Below, in pieces: positions 16,885-27,237 of a stretch of 63,781 nucleotides of DNA. Numbering within the stretch: position 1 is the first letter of the stretch; each line of letters opens with the position of its first letter. The stretch is from a virus (taxonomy: Duplodnaviria > Caudoviricetes): positions 1 through 63,781 of the IMG/VR virus record IMGVR_UViG_3300047409_000439, one strand, 5' to 3'. The position numbers and the translations under genes were made by a program. The notes beneath the pieces were generated by a model, which did not search any database, was not told the DNA's origin, and was given only the letters and a program-made list of their open reading frames with translations.

Positions 16885-19800
16885 TCATCGCGGGTTGGCA
16901 TTGATCAAACCTTGAGCGCGTTTGAACATCGGCATAGGTTGCATGACAGCCTCGCGCAGCTTGTCGGTAAAATCGATCCGGTGAACGGGGACTTTCTCGA
17001 TCTTGGTATCGAGATAGGCCTTGGCCTCGGCCTCGGTATCGAACCGCATGCCATAGGACATATAATTATTGTTCTTGACCATCCATTGGCCATGCGTCGT
17101 CTGATCCGGAGGCGTGATATGCCAGCCCTCTTTATTGATCGGCAAGTCCGCTGACTTAACCTTGGCCCCCGCTTTCTTCGCGTAATCGTTCATGAACCAG
17201 ATCGCCCGCTTGTCATAGATGTTGGCAAACCGTTTCTCCATCCGTGCCCGTTGCGCCCCATACGTCGGATAGCGAGTGAGCTGGGTCTGGGCCGTATCCC
17301 AGCTGATGCCGTCATAGCCATGCTCCGCCGCGTAACGCATCATGCGCTTCAGCACGAGTTCGTTCCAAGTGTCCGGGAACGGCGCGTTGGCGACATGCCC
17401 GCCGCCATACCGCGCCCGCTGATAATTGACGCTCGCTTCATCAAAGGCCTTCCGGGCGGCGAGCAGCTCCGGAGCGTTGGCATCAAGATCATGAAAAGCC
17501 TGTATCTGGTCCGCCGTGCCTTTCATCAGCAAATCGGTTGTCGTCGTATACGTCCCTCCGGACGCATCCTTCACAATTTGCGTGCGGGCTTGCTCCAAAC
17601 GGGTCAGGGCCTGATCGCGGGCCTCCCCCGCTTTGATAAGCGCCCCGCTGATGTTGTTTTGCTTGACGGACCTGAGCCCGAGCTGTTCCCCCTCATTATG
17701 CCAATCCGATTGCATCTCGGCCAGATGAATATACCGCTTGCCGGTCATGGGATCGGTACGGACATCGAAACGGATATGGGCGAGGATGTTGGGTTCGAGC
17801 ATATGCATGCCCCGGAAATTGAGCACGTCGGGCTTGCCGGTCAGCGCATCGGCGGCGTCCTGAGCATCCCTCCGGTTATCGTATGGTGTCCTATCATAAT
17901 AATCGTTGGTTCTATTGTCCCAAAGCCGGAACTTGCCATGAAAGTCGCCTAGATACCGATTATCCATAACATCGATAGGAACATCTCGATGCGGCAGCAG
18001 CATCAGCAATTCGCGCGGCTCGGTTCCGCCATGCAGCGAATACGTCTGGGCGTAAGGAGCCCTCGGCGTATTCCGAATCTCTGTGTCGATGTCCCTTAGA
18101 CGGTTGTTGATTTCATGAAGGCGGGGCGTAGCCTTCGCGGCAAACCTATCAGCGTCGGTAAACAATCCCGACATCCGCAAGCGGCCATTCTCGTCATGAA
18201 GCCCCCGCGCCTCATCCTCCAGCTGCTTGTACTCAGCCAGCAGCTTAGGATCGGCAGCGCCTCTGTAAATCTCCTTGAATTCGATCTGATTGGACCGCAA
18301 ATGATCGAGAATTTCCTGTTTCGTGACTTTCTGTCCGGCGCGTTGGGCGAACCAATCGTTCAGCTCGCGCCATTCGATTTCATCGGGTTTGACTTTGGCA
18401 AGTTTGGCGTTGTCGCTTTTAAGGAAGCCCAGCCATTGCGCAGCCGGGGCTTTATCCTGCTTACTGGCTTCAACAAAGCGCTCCAGCGCCGAATAGAACA
18501 CCGTCGCGGAATCAGGCGCACTGGTCCGCTGGAAACTCGCCGCGTCCGCATTGATCAGACCGCGATCATGCGCGCCGCTCTCGCGGCCTCCGATTTCGCC
18601 GCTCTCGATCTTGCGGAAGATGCTATCGACGGTATGAAAGCCTTCGCCCTTGAAGGCGTTCTTGATCGCCTGGAAGAAATCCTGCAAGCGGGAAACCAGA
18701 TGCTGAATACCTTGCGGAACGCCGTCCTTGAGCCATTTGGGAAAGGCGAAGGCGATGCCTTCCTCGCTCTGATAGGCTGGGCTCTGCCCCGGATATTTGC
18801 CTGCGATGTCATGCTCGGCGTTCCAGGTCTTCTCCGCCTCGCGTTCCAGCATCGCCCATTCGGACGGCTTGAACAGGCCGCTCGGGCTGGAGGCATCCAA
18901 AGCCTTCAGGGCATGAATGACCTCATGATTGACCGCGCTAAGGGGGTCGTCCTGCATCGCGACGGTAATGACATTCTGCCAATACATCGCGGGTTGCGAG
19001 ACCCGCTGCCCGCCCGCGCCCAGCTCATGAATGGCATCGACGACATGGACCCCGACATCGTGCAGGTTGAGCGCGTCGAGCCGGGCGCGGGCGGCTTGCG
19101 CGACGGCTTCGCGCTTGGCCTCCATGCCCGGCGTATAGACCAGCTCGACCTTGCCCCCGGCATAGGGTATGGCTTCCGCGCCGGGCGGCAGGACAGCGCC
19201 TTCCGCTCCGCCGCGCCGCTGGAAGCGGGGCTGACCCTTGGTTAAAACGTCTTCCCTCAGCTTGTCGGGAATCTCCAGCGACCGGGCTGGAATAGTGTCC
19301 AGCTTATACGATAATTCATTCTCAGCTTCTTCCTTACTATCATACAATTCGCTGTTGCCATGCTGGTCACGCAGCTCCCATTCGGTTTCGCCATAAGCCG
19401 GGTCGGGATCGATAATCTGCCATTTCTCCGGATTATGGGGGATCGAATCCATATTGAGTTTGGTTTTCCATTTCTTGACGTAATCGTTGATCGCATTTTG
19501 CGCGACCTTGTCATAGTAATCCAACATGCCCTGAGACCCGTGCGTCTGTCCGATGCTGTCAAGATCGTATTCGACCCCGAACTCATGCGCGTCCGGTTCA
19601 TCGGGATCGTAATTGACATAATTGCCCTGCGTATCTCTGTAACCCTCGCGCTCGACCATCTCCCGCGCGATGCCTTTGCCGTAGATATCCGCGACCTTTC
19701 CCGCCGTGAAGGTTCCAGATAACTCCTTGACGCCAATCCGGTCGCCGTCCGCGTTTATTGCCTGCACCGAAAATCTGCCGTCAGGCAGCGGTTCATACCG

Positions 19801-22206
19801 AAGGGTCTCGACTTCATGGACAAGATAACTCTTATAGCGATCGACATTGGTCGCACCGACATCGAAGTAGACTTTCTTGTAATTCATATCCGCCGCCCAG
19901 CGGAGTATCTGTTTGGTCAGGAGCGTTGTCCAAGCCGGGGTCGATTTGAACGGGGCGTCCGGGACAGGTCTGCCTTTCGGATGGAAGCCGCGTGCCTTCA
20001 GCATATTCTCCTGCGCTTCTTCATTGGCCTGCTCGGACTTACGATAGTCCTCGTCATCAATCTCACGCCTCTGAAACTCCCGTTTTTCGTCATCCGTGCC
20101 GTGCTGGAACAGATCGTCCTTGTCGGCATAATTGCCGGAAATCTCATGCACAAGGCGGGTTTGTTCTTTATCAAAGGTTGTTTTAGCTTGACCCAGAGCC
20201 TCACGCGCGGCGGTCTGAGCCTCCGGCGTATCAACGACACCCTTGACGCCAATCTGTTTGAGCTTCTGCAACCAATCCGATTGCATCTCGACGACAACCG
20301 GATGCACTTCGCCCGTACCGGGGTCTCTGACCAGGACCGTGCGGTAATGTCCTATGACATCCTTGATATGCGGCCAATGGCTTCGGTCAAAAGGTTCCGG
20401 TTTCGTGTTTATCGCTTGATGATAAGCCTTGTAGGTCTGCTCCGTCTCGGCCAGCAAACGGTCGGCGTCAGGAACCGCAGCGCGCAATTGATTGAGATCA
20501 TGATTCAGCATGCTCCCGTCTTGCGCGCCATATAACCCTCTAACCGCTTGGCTCCGGGTCAGCCCTCCAGCCCGCATGTATTCGGTTATCAGCTTGTCAT
20601 AGGCATTATCGCTGGCCTGCTCCAACGCATCGATCTTGGCCGAGGCATCAGGCCGCTTCAAAACCTGTAAATGTATCTGATACTCATCTCCCGGATGGGC
20701 ATAACCCTCATATTGCGCAGGCGGATTTTTGAGCCTGGGGCGCAGCGCGGAAATCTGGTTATCGATATCCTGGACCTTGGTCTGAGCCTGCGCCTCGGCT
20801 TCCTTGGCCGTCGCCAGATGCTCGTTGGCCTCTTGCCATCTGCCCGCATCGATCAGCTCGCGGTCCTTGGCCGCGAAATCGGCCTTTTGCTGGTTCAGAA
20901 TATCATGCTTCTGTTGCTCCAGATCGTTGATTTCCCGCCATACCTTAAAATTGGTCCCGCCGAGGACGACCTCCTCAATCTCGACGTTATGCGCTTTGAC
21001 ATGATCAAGAATCTCCTGCCGCGATACGGATTTTACGCCTTGAGCTTTTTTGTCGTTCAAAAACTCCTTCAACAGGACCTGTTCAAGTTCATCGACTTTG
21101 ATCCCTTTCCAGCCTTTGATCGTGTTCAACCATTGATCGGGCGGAGCTTTCTCCTGGACCTTTATCTCGGGATTTTTACCCTCCAGCGCGTTTTCCAATG
21201 CGGAATAGAGCGGCGGCGCGTCCGGCGCTCCGCTGCGCTGGAAGCGCGGGTCTTCACTCAACCGGCTATTGATCAAGCCCGGCAGCGTCGGCTGCGCCGG
21301 ATTGACCGGAAGAACGTCCTCATACTGATTGATCAAGCCCTTCCGTCCGATGGCGGCATTGCCCTCCGGATGGACTTCGCTCATGTTGCGCAGCATCTCG
21401 CTTTCGGCGAGCGAGCTGATGGCGTCTCCGGCGCGGCGGGCCTCGTCCCGCTCCATGCCGGAGAATTGCAAGGTCTCGGCAACCGTCGCGCCAATCCCGG
21501 CAATGGCGGCATTGGTCGCTCTCGATGAAACGTCAAGCCCGGCTTTGGTCAATTGATCGAGATCGGCTAGACCATTATATAGAATAGAAGCCGCGCCTTG
21601 CACCAATCCCGGCTTGGACGTATCGATGCCAATCGCTTTCAGGTTTTCATATACCTTATTATGTAATTCCTCACCTTCCTTGCCGAAGCCTGCAATCGGC
21701 TGAGTACCGAACGCAGCTTTGGCGGCTCCGGAAACGCCTTTGCTGAAGATCGAGGTTTGCGCTGCGAGGCCTTCGCTCTCGCCCGCCGTCGCGAGACTGT
21801 CCAGCAGGCCGCGTTTATGCGAGCGCATGAATTCCGCTGCGCGCTCGTCGGTATCGAACGCGCCGTAATGCTCGCCGGTCTGCTGGAAGCGCTTCGCCGC
21901 ATCGCCCAATTCGATGCCATCGCCAGAAGGGGGCTTGTCTCCAGGCAGTGTAGGAAGCACGTAATGCTTTTCAATTCCTTCGCTGTCGGTCAACTGATTA
22001 GTAGACCAAGCATCTCCCGCCCGACTTGGATCGAGCGTCGGCTCGTCGCCGGGGATCATGCCATTAGGCTTGACCCCTTTCGACAGCGCCAGCGGAGAGA
22101 GCACAACCCGGTCATGCGGCGCGTCATAATCGAAGGGCGGCGCGTCCTTGGGATCGAACGGCGGTATCTCGTCCCGCTCGGGATCGAAGAAGGGAATAGC
22201 GCCCAT
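16885..22206 (-). CDS. Large internal virion/ejection (polyvalent) protein with a duplicated domain and central HExxH
   Basis: 1773 aa; two copies of YSALE...EMQSDW...APF; NHEVIHAL between them. Confidence 0.8.
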   Translation of the reverse strand: MGAIPFFDPERDEIPPFDPKDAPPFDYDAPHDRVVLSPLALSKGVKPNGMIPGDEPTLDPSRAGDAWSTNQLTDSEGIEKHYVLPTLPGDKPPSGDGIELGDAAKRFQQTGEHYGAFDTDERAAEFMRSHKRGLLDSLATAGESEGLAAQTSIFSKGVSGAAKAAFGTQPIAGFGKEGEELHNKVYENLKAIGIDTSKPGLVQGAASILYNGLADLDQLTKAGLDVSSRATNAAIAGIGATVAETLQFSGMERDEARRAGDAISSLAESEMLRNMSEVHPEGNAAIGRKGLINQYEDVLPVNPAQPTLPGLINSRLSEDPRFQRSGAPDAPPLYSALENALEGKNPEIKVQEKAPPDQWLNTIKGWKGIKVDELEQVLLKEFLNDKKAQGVKSVSRQEILDHVKAHNVEIEEVVLGGTNFKVWREINDLEQQKHDILNQQKADFAAKDRELIDAGRWQEANEHLATAKEAEAQAQTKVQDIDNQISALRPRLKNPPAQYEGYAHPGDEYQIHLQVLKRPDASAKIDALEQASDNAYDKLITEYMRAGGLTRSQAVRGLYGAQDGSMLNHDLNQLRAAVPDADRLLAETEQTYKAYHQAINTKPEPFDRSHWPHIKDVIGHYRTVLVRDPGTGEVHPVVVEMQSDWLQKLKQIGVKGVVDTPEAQTAAREALGQAKTTFDKEQTRLVHEISGNYADKDDLFQHGTDDEKREFQRREIDDEDYRKSEQANEEAQENMLKARGFHPKGRPVPDAPFKSTPAWTTLLTKQILRWAADMNYKKVYFDVGATNVDRYKSYLVHEVETLRYEPLPDGRFSVQAINADGDRIGVKELSGTFTAGKVADIYGKGIAREMVEREGYRDTQGNYVNYDPDEPDAHEFGVEYDLDSIGQTHGSQGMLDYYDKVAQNAINDYVKKWKTKLNMDSIPHNPEKWQIIDPDPAYGETEWELRDQHGNSELYDSKEEAENELSYKLDTIPARSLEIPDKLREDVLTKGQPRFQRRGGAEGAVLPPGAEAIPYAGGKVELVYTPGMEAKREAVAQAARARLDALNLHDVGVHVVDAIHELGAGGQRVSQPAMYWQNVITVAMQDDPLSAVNHEVIHALKALDASSPSGLFKPSEWAMLEREAEKTWNAEHDIAGKYPGQSPAYQSEEGIAFAFPKWLKDGVPQGIQHLVSRLQDFFQAIKNAFKGEGFHTVDSIFRKIESGEIGGRESGAHDRGLINADAASFQRTSAPDSATVFYSALERFVEASKQDKAPAAQWLGFLKSDNAKLAKVKPDEIEWRELNDWFAQRAGQKVTKQEILDHLRSNQIEFKEIYRGAADPKLLAEYKQLEDEARGLHDENGRLRMSGLFTDADRFAAKATPRLHEINNRLRDIDTEIRNTPRAPYAQTYSLHGGTEPRELLMLLPHRDVPIDVMDNRYLGDFHGKFRLWDNRTNDYYDRTPYDNRRDAQDAADALTGKPDVLNFRGMHMLEPNILAHIRFDVRTDPMTGKRYIHLAEMQSDWHNEGEQLGLRSVKQNNISGALIKAGEARDQALTRLEQARTQIVKDASGGTYTTTTDLLMKGTADQIQAFHDLDANAPELLAARKAFDEASVNYQRARYGGGHVANAPFPDTWNELVLKRMMRYAAEHGYDGISWDTAQTQLTRYPTYGAQRARMEKRFANIYDKRAIWFMNDYAKKAGAKVKSADLPINKEGWHITPPDQTTHGQWMVKNNNYMSYGMRFDTEAEAKAYLDTKIEKVPVHRIDFTDKLREAVMQPMPMFKRAQGLINANPR

Positions 22207-22209
22207 CGG

Positions 22210-23910
22210 CTATTGCTCCAATCTGCGTTGCGGGACCATGACCCCGTTGACCATCATGTAGACATGCCCGTTCTGGATGGCCTGCTCCCCTTCCCTGAAT
22301 ACCGGACGTTGCGGCATGGGCAGCGGCGTGTTGATCATGCCGCGCCGTCCGGTCGCGATGAAATTCTTGAGCCGGTCTACATTGCCCTGGCTGATGCTAT
22401 CGGCGATTTTCTGTGCGCCGATCCCGGCTAATCCTACCCCCGTCGAAGCAATCAAACTCTCCCCGCTATGCCCTAAAGCGGAGCCGCCGCCGAGGGCCAG
22501 AAGCTCAGCCCCCAGCGACCAAGCGTTATGCGTCGGCGACAGCACCCCAATTCTGCGGGCGACGTTCTGAAGGTTCGTGCCATGGACAAGCGCCCCCATG
22601 ACCTCGCGCTCATCCGCATTGAATTGCCGCGCGGCTCTTGGATTGTTCAATATCTTGGCGAACTGTGTCCTGACGGCGTTGTCGAACTTGTTGCGGGATT
22701 GATGCGCCCCGCTGGGAATAAGGTCGCCATGCCCGGCGGCGTTCTCGGCCTTCCGCATCGCCGCTTCGACGGCTTCAAGTTTAGCCCCGCGCGAGAAAAA
22801 ATTGCGCGCGTCGAACAAGGCCGAGCCTTCCGGCGCATTCAACCCCCGGACATAATCGTCGATCCCATCGATGATGACATGCGCCGCCGCCCGCTCGCTC
22901 TTTTCCGGACTATCAAGAACATGACGCATGACCCGGCGCGTCACGTCGATGTCCTTGAACGAGATATCCCCCGGATACTGATCAAGCTCCTCGAAAACGG
23001 TCCGGAGCGCCGTCGCCGTCTTCGGCTGAAGCGCCGGGCGGTACGTCACTTCCCGATGGGCCTCGGCAACGGCGCTGTTGAGAGCGCCGACCAGCCCCGC
23101 CTTCGGGACCGTTGCGCCGGTCGCTTCCGACGCTAGGTAGGCGTCCGACGCCATGGCCTTGTACATCTCGGAAGTCGGAACCGTGCCCCTGACCGCACTC
23201 AGCTTTGCCCCTGCCGCGCCCAGGACGGCCCCGGTAAGGCCGCCCGTGCCCGCCTGCTGGGCTTTGGTGATCCAGTAGTCCCGCTCGGTCTTGGGCGGCT
23301 CCTGGACCGGCTGGAGGGCTCCATAGACCGCCCCGCCGGTCCCGCTCTTGAGCGTAGCATTGCCGACCGTGCCCAGAACCTGCGCCTCCGGCAGGACCTC
23401 GCCGAGGCCGGGCATGGCGATGGCTCCGCCGAACTCGCCCGTCCGCCGCAGCGCCATCGACGCTCGGGGGTTGGGGCTCGCGGCATCGACGCGCTGACCT
23501 GCGGCCTCGTAGTCCGCGTTTTGCCGTCCGATGACCTCATCGACATGATTGGCGATGCCGTGCAGCATGGCGGACAGCGAATTGGGCGCGGGCTTGCCCG
23601 TTCCCGAGCCTTTGACGGGATAGGTCGGCAAGAGATCGCTGGCCGCCGCCGCGCCATGCGCCGCCAGCGACTCCGCGCCCTGTCCCAGACGCAACAAGCC
23701 TTGATACGGAGCCCCGATGGCGGGATTGGTCCGTATCTTGTCTGCGATGGAGGGCGGCGGCGTATACCTGCGGCGGAAAGCTGGAATATCGTCCGGCGTC
23801 AAATCCCGGAAGCCGTCCGGCGGCGGCGGTAACAGATCGTCATGCGTGATATCACGCAGACCTTCCGGCATCGGGTCTTCGATATCGGTCAAGGCTGGTA
23901 CTCCGTCCAT
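22210..23910 (-). CDS. Internal virion/DNA-ejection protein
   Basis: Gly/Ala-rich helices (GTGGAVYGALQP, GGLTGAVLGAAG); position in the ejection cluster. Confidence 0.7.
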   Translation of the reverse strand: MDGVPALTDIEDPMPEGLRDITHDDLLPPPPDGFRDLTPDDIPAFRRRYTPPPSIADKIRTNPAIGAPYQGLLRLGQGAESLAAHGAAAASDLLPTYPVKGSGTGKPAPNSLSAMLHGIANHVDEVIGRQNADYEAAGQRVDAASPNPRASMALRRTGEFGGAIAMPGLGEVLPEAQVLGTVGNATLKSGTGGAVYGALQPVQEPPKTERDYWITKAQQAGTGGLTGAVLGAAGAKLSAVRGTVPTSEMYKAMASDAYLASEATGATVPKAGLVGALNSAVAEAHREVTYRPALQPKTATALRTVFEELDQYPGDISFKDIDVTRRVMRHVLDSPEKSERAAAHVIIDGIDDYVRGLNAPEGSALFDARNFFSRGAKLEAVEAAMRKAENAAGHGDLIPSGAHQSRNKFDNAVRTQFAKILNNPRAARQFNADEREVMGALVHGTNLQNVARRIGVLSPTHNAWSLGAELLALGGGSALGHSGESLIASTGVGLAGIGAQKIADSISQGNVDRLKNFIATGRRGMINTPLPMPQRPVFREGEQAIQNGHVYMMVNGVMVPQRRLEQ

Positions 23911-25196
23911 TTCTTCGTCACGATGTCCCGATAGAAGAACTTACTGCCGTCCGTTTTGAGCTGCTCGCCATGCGGTCCGGTCGGCAGCGGCGCTCCGGTG
24001 ACCGGAACGCCCGCGCCGGTAACCGGCGCAGTTTTTGCTTCCCCCTCGTCCAGCGCGGCCCGTATCTTCTGGGTCATCTGCTTGACATCCATGATCGGAT
24101 AGAGCGAAGGAGGAATGTTCTGCTCCTTCAATTTCGCTACCGCCGATTCGTAGAGCGGCTGCACCCCCTTCTCATAAGCGTCATAGGTCGCATCGGAGAT
24201 TTTCTTGATCTGATTTCTCTGTTCGGGCGACAGAATTCCGGCATGCTCATGAAAGCGGTTGATCATGATGTTCAACCAATCGGAGTACGACGCCGAGCCG
24301 GTAATCAGTTTGACCTGGGCCTCGGTCACCGCGCCGCCGCTGTTCGACAGCTTGATCAGGCCGTCGAGGGCTTCCTCGTCGCCGGTGCCGGGGTTGGCCA
24401 GACCGGATTTGATCTTCTCCAGATAGGGCAGGGCATCCAGCGCCAGTTTGTACTGCGAGCTGGACGTTTCCGGAGATGCGATGCGGACGGCGACGCGCGA
24501 CAGCATATCAGCTTGCTTCGGCGTCAATTTGTTGGGGTTGGCTTGCCGGAGGTCCAAGATGGCCTTGCCGACCGCGTTGCGTAAGCCGGACGGCTCGTCG
24601 GTGATGTTGTTCAAGTTGTAAATGTTGGCCATGACGTTTTCAGCATGCAGATCGGCGAGCTGATCCAAGGTCACGCCCGGACCCAATTTCGCCAAATCCG
24701 CTTCCATCTTGGCGGCGGCGAGGGCTTGCTGTTTCTTCGTCGCTCCGGCTATCGAGGCCGGAGAATACTCGGCGGATTGCTGCGCCTGAGCGTTGATCGC
24801 GGCTTCCTTGCCTCTCAGGGCCAAGGCCTCCGGAGTACTCCGGACGGCGAGTTGCGCCTCCTCGTTGGCCCTGGTCGTCGCGGCTTCTTCCTCGGGGGTC
24901 TTGCGTTCAGCCGCTGCGACAGCCGCCTTGCCTGAAATGGCTTTGGGCGACGTATCGATGTCAAGCCGTGCCTGAGCTATCGCCTTCTCCTTATCGACCG
25001 CCGCCTGCTGCGCCTCGGGGCTGATGCTGCGGCGGAAGGTTTCGGCTTCCCGGCTGCGCAGCAGCTGATCGGACAACAACAGGTTCTGATGCTCCAGCTC
25101 GATCTGCATCTGCTGCAATCCGGCATCGTGCGCCCAATTGGAAAGCGCGCCGCCCATCGCCGACAAACCCCCCGCGATATTGATCATGCCGACCAT
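23889..25196 (-). CDS. Internal virion/ejection protein
   Basis: N-terminal GGLSAMGGAL followed by coiled coil; gene order. Confidence 0.65.
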   Translation of the reverse strand: MVGMINIAGGLSAMGGALSNWAHDAGLQQMQIELEHQNLLLSDQLLRSREAETFRRSISPEAQQAAVDKEKAIAQARLDIDTSPKAISGKAAVAAAERKTPEEEAATTRANEEAQLAVRSTPEALALRGKEAAINAQAQQSAEYSPASIAGATKKQQALAAAKMEADLAKLGPGVTLDQLADLHAENVMANIYNLNNITDEPSGLRNAVGKAILDLRQANPNKLTPKQADMLSRVAVRIASPETSSSQYKLALDALPYLEKIKSGLANPGTGDEEALDGLIKLSNSGGAVTEAQVKLITGSASYSDWLNIMINRFHEHAGILSPEQRNQIKKISDATYDAYEKGVQPLYESAVAKLKEQNIPPSLYPIMDVKQMTQKIRAALDEGEAKTAPVTGAGVPVTGAPLPTGPHGEQLKTDGSKFFYRDIVTKKWTEYQP

Positions 25197-25784
25197 CTAC
25201 ATGCCTCCATTGATGATACCGCCTTGCGGGCTGGGCGGGGGCTGAACCTGCCGACCGGGCGGCGGCGGGACCTTGGTGAAACCCGCATGCGCCTTGATCT
25301 TCTCCATCCGGACCGGGTCCTGAATAATCTCATGCGTCTTGGCGGCGGCATGCTGCATCATCTGCGGCGTGATCTTGAACGCGGCGAACAAGGTGTTGGT
25401 GAAGATATGGACCGCCCGCGAAAGGATCGCTGACGTAAGCGGCGGAATGAGCTTGCTGCGCTCCGCGAAACCGAGCGCCTTCAGCATCAGGACCATGGCC
25501 GCCGGAACCAGGGCTTGCATCGGCATCGCGCCGCGTGCCTGCTTGCGCATCATCAGAACCAAGCCGATAGCGCCTACGGCGCAATCATGGATCGGGTCTT
25601 TGCTGTCCTTGAGCTTGTACAAGATACCATTCGTGCCGCCGTCTATGCCTGCCCGCATGCCCGCGACGACAATCTTCTTGTAATTGGTCCGCATCTGCGG
25701 CGTGAGCTGGGTCTCGATACGCTGCTCCAAGGCGGCGAGCAGCGGCGAAGCGCTGGGAGCTTCCGGCGGCGGCGCTTTCATCAT
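25197..25784 (-). CDS. Hypothetical virion-associated protein
   Basis: Translationally coupled within the structural operon. Confidence 0.6.
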   Translation of the reverse strand: MMKAPPPEAPSASPLLAALEQRIETQLTPQMRTNYKKIVVAGMRAGIDGGTNGILYKLKDSKDPIHDCAVGAIGLVLMMRKQARGAMPMQALVPAAMVLMLKALGFAERSKLIPPLTSAILSRAVHIFTNTLFAAFKITPQMMQHAAAKTHEIIQDPVRMEKIKAHAGFTKVPPPPGRQVQPPPSPQGGIINGGM

Positions 25785-26878
25785 AACCGGGGAACTCCCG
25801 TAACGAGTTGCGAGGACGGCGAGATGTTGATCATGCCTTGACCTGGAGCAGAGGGCGGCGGCTGGCCCGCAGGCGCTCCCGTCACAGGCGCGGAAGCAAC
25901 AGGCCGCAGCTTCGCGACCGGCATCCCGCCTTGCATATTGGAAAGCTGCTGGTTCATGATCGCGGCGTTGGCGCGATTGGACTCGGCTTGCGAATTCAGT
26001 TGATTGATCTGCGCGGGCGTAACCGGATTGAACATGCCTTGAACCAAGGACGATCCGGCCTGGATCAAGCCATACGAGACCATCTGGTTCTCATGCGCGA
26101 ACGATCCGATATCCTTGAGCATGCCCTGGAAGCCGCCAACCGGGATTTCCGCCAGCTTGGGGGCTCCCGTAACGCCCGGCGGATTGGTCGATATTCTCAA
26201 TTTTGTAGGATCGACGGGAAAGTCTGAACCCGTCGGCCCGGAAGGCGTCTCCGATGGTATGACCGGGTCCATCTGCGTCGCGTCAACGATAGGAACACCT
26301 TTCGGCGTTGTCCGACTGAAGCCCTTAGTGAAATTATCGCCTGACGGCGGTACGCCTCCGCCGAAACCGCCGCCGACATCACTCATGCTGGCATCATTTG
26401 CGGCAAGCTGTATTTCTTCAGGCGGGTTCGGAACCGGAGCAGGCGTATTGACGGAAACCTCGCCCAGCGGCGAGACCTCGACCGGCTGGACCGCCAAGGC
26501 GTCGAGCATGTCAGTGCTGGCCTGTCCCGTTCCGATATCGCCCAGGACTTTAGGCGTGATATCGACGCTGCTCGGTATCTGCGTCGCCAGCTCCGCTTCG
26601 GACGGTCCGAACATGGAGGCATTGCCATTGATCAAACCCGCCGTTGACGCCAGCCCGCCGATGGCCCCGATGCCAGCCATGACCAGCCCCGCCGTCTGCA
26701 AGTTCTTGTCACGGGCAACGACGCCGATGGTGCCGACAGTCGCGCCGACGGCGGCGACGAGCGTCATGGCTTCCGCGACGTTCAACGCCATGAAGCCGCC
26801 CGCCATCAACGTGCTGAGCGCCCCGCCTGCCGCGCCCCAGGCAATCGCCGTACCGATAAGCGGAATGACTACGGGCAT
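25781..26878 (-). CDS. Internal virion protein with hydrophobic N-terminus
   Basis: Gly/Ala-rich membrane-like N-terminus typical of podovirus ejection proteins. Confidence 0.65.
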   Translation of the reverse strand: MPVVIPLIGTAIAWGAAGGALSTLMAGGFMALNVAEAMTLVAAVGATVGTIGVVARDKNLQTAGLVMAGIGAIGGLASTAGLINGNASMFGPSEAELATQIPSSVDITPKVLGDIGTGQASTDMLDALAVQPVEVSPLGEVSVNTPAPVPNPPEEIQLAANDASMSDVGGGFGGGVPPSGDNFTKGFSRTTPKGVPIVDATQMDPVIPSETPSGPTGSDFPVDPTKLRISTNPPGVTGAPKLAEIPVGGFQGMLKDIGSFAHENQMVSYGLIQAGSSLVQGMFNPVTPAQINQLNSQAESNRANAAIMNQQLSNMQGGMPVAKLRPVASAPVTGAPAGQPPPSAPGQGMINISPSSQLVTGVPRL

Positions 26879-27237
26879 GGTTTGACCTCATCGATACGAT
26901 AGAAGATGTCATGCTCGTCTTCATGCGTCTTATAGAAGCCGAGCTTCTCGTTGAAGCGCTGTTGGCGCTTGTCCTCGACCGGCGTTCTGGTGCAGGCGTA
27001 GCCATGCTGCTTGATGAACGCGCTCAAGGTCTCGCGGATGAATTTCAGGGACATCGGTTGTTTGGTTCCCAGACTGAGAAAATGAAACTCCGGTCCCTTG
27101 GCCAGGAACACGAAGGCGGGCGTGACCAGAACCTGATCGTATTGCTGAAGACCGGCGGCGAACTGCTCCCGGTCGATGAAGACATTCGGCTCCGCCTGAC
27201 GCCAAAGCGCTTCGATCAGAGCTTCGTCCAATATCAT
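26869..27237 (-). CDS. GNAT-like protein of the virion module
   Basis: RFNEKLGF resembles GNAT motif B; such genes sit among podovirus core genes. Confidence 0.55.
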   Translation of the reverse strand: MILDEALIEALWRQAEPNVFIDREQFAAGLQQYDQVLVTPAFVFLAKGPEFHFLSLGTKQPMSLKFIRETLSAFIKQHGYACTRTPVEDKRQQRFNEKLGFYKTHEDEHDIFYRIDEVKPCP

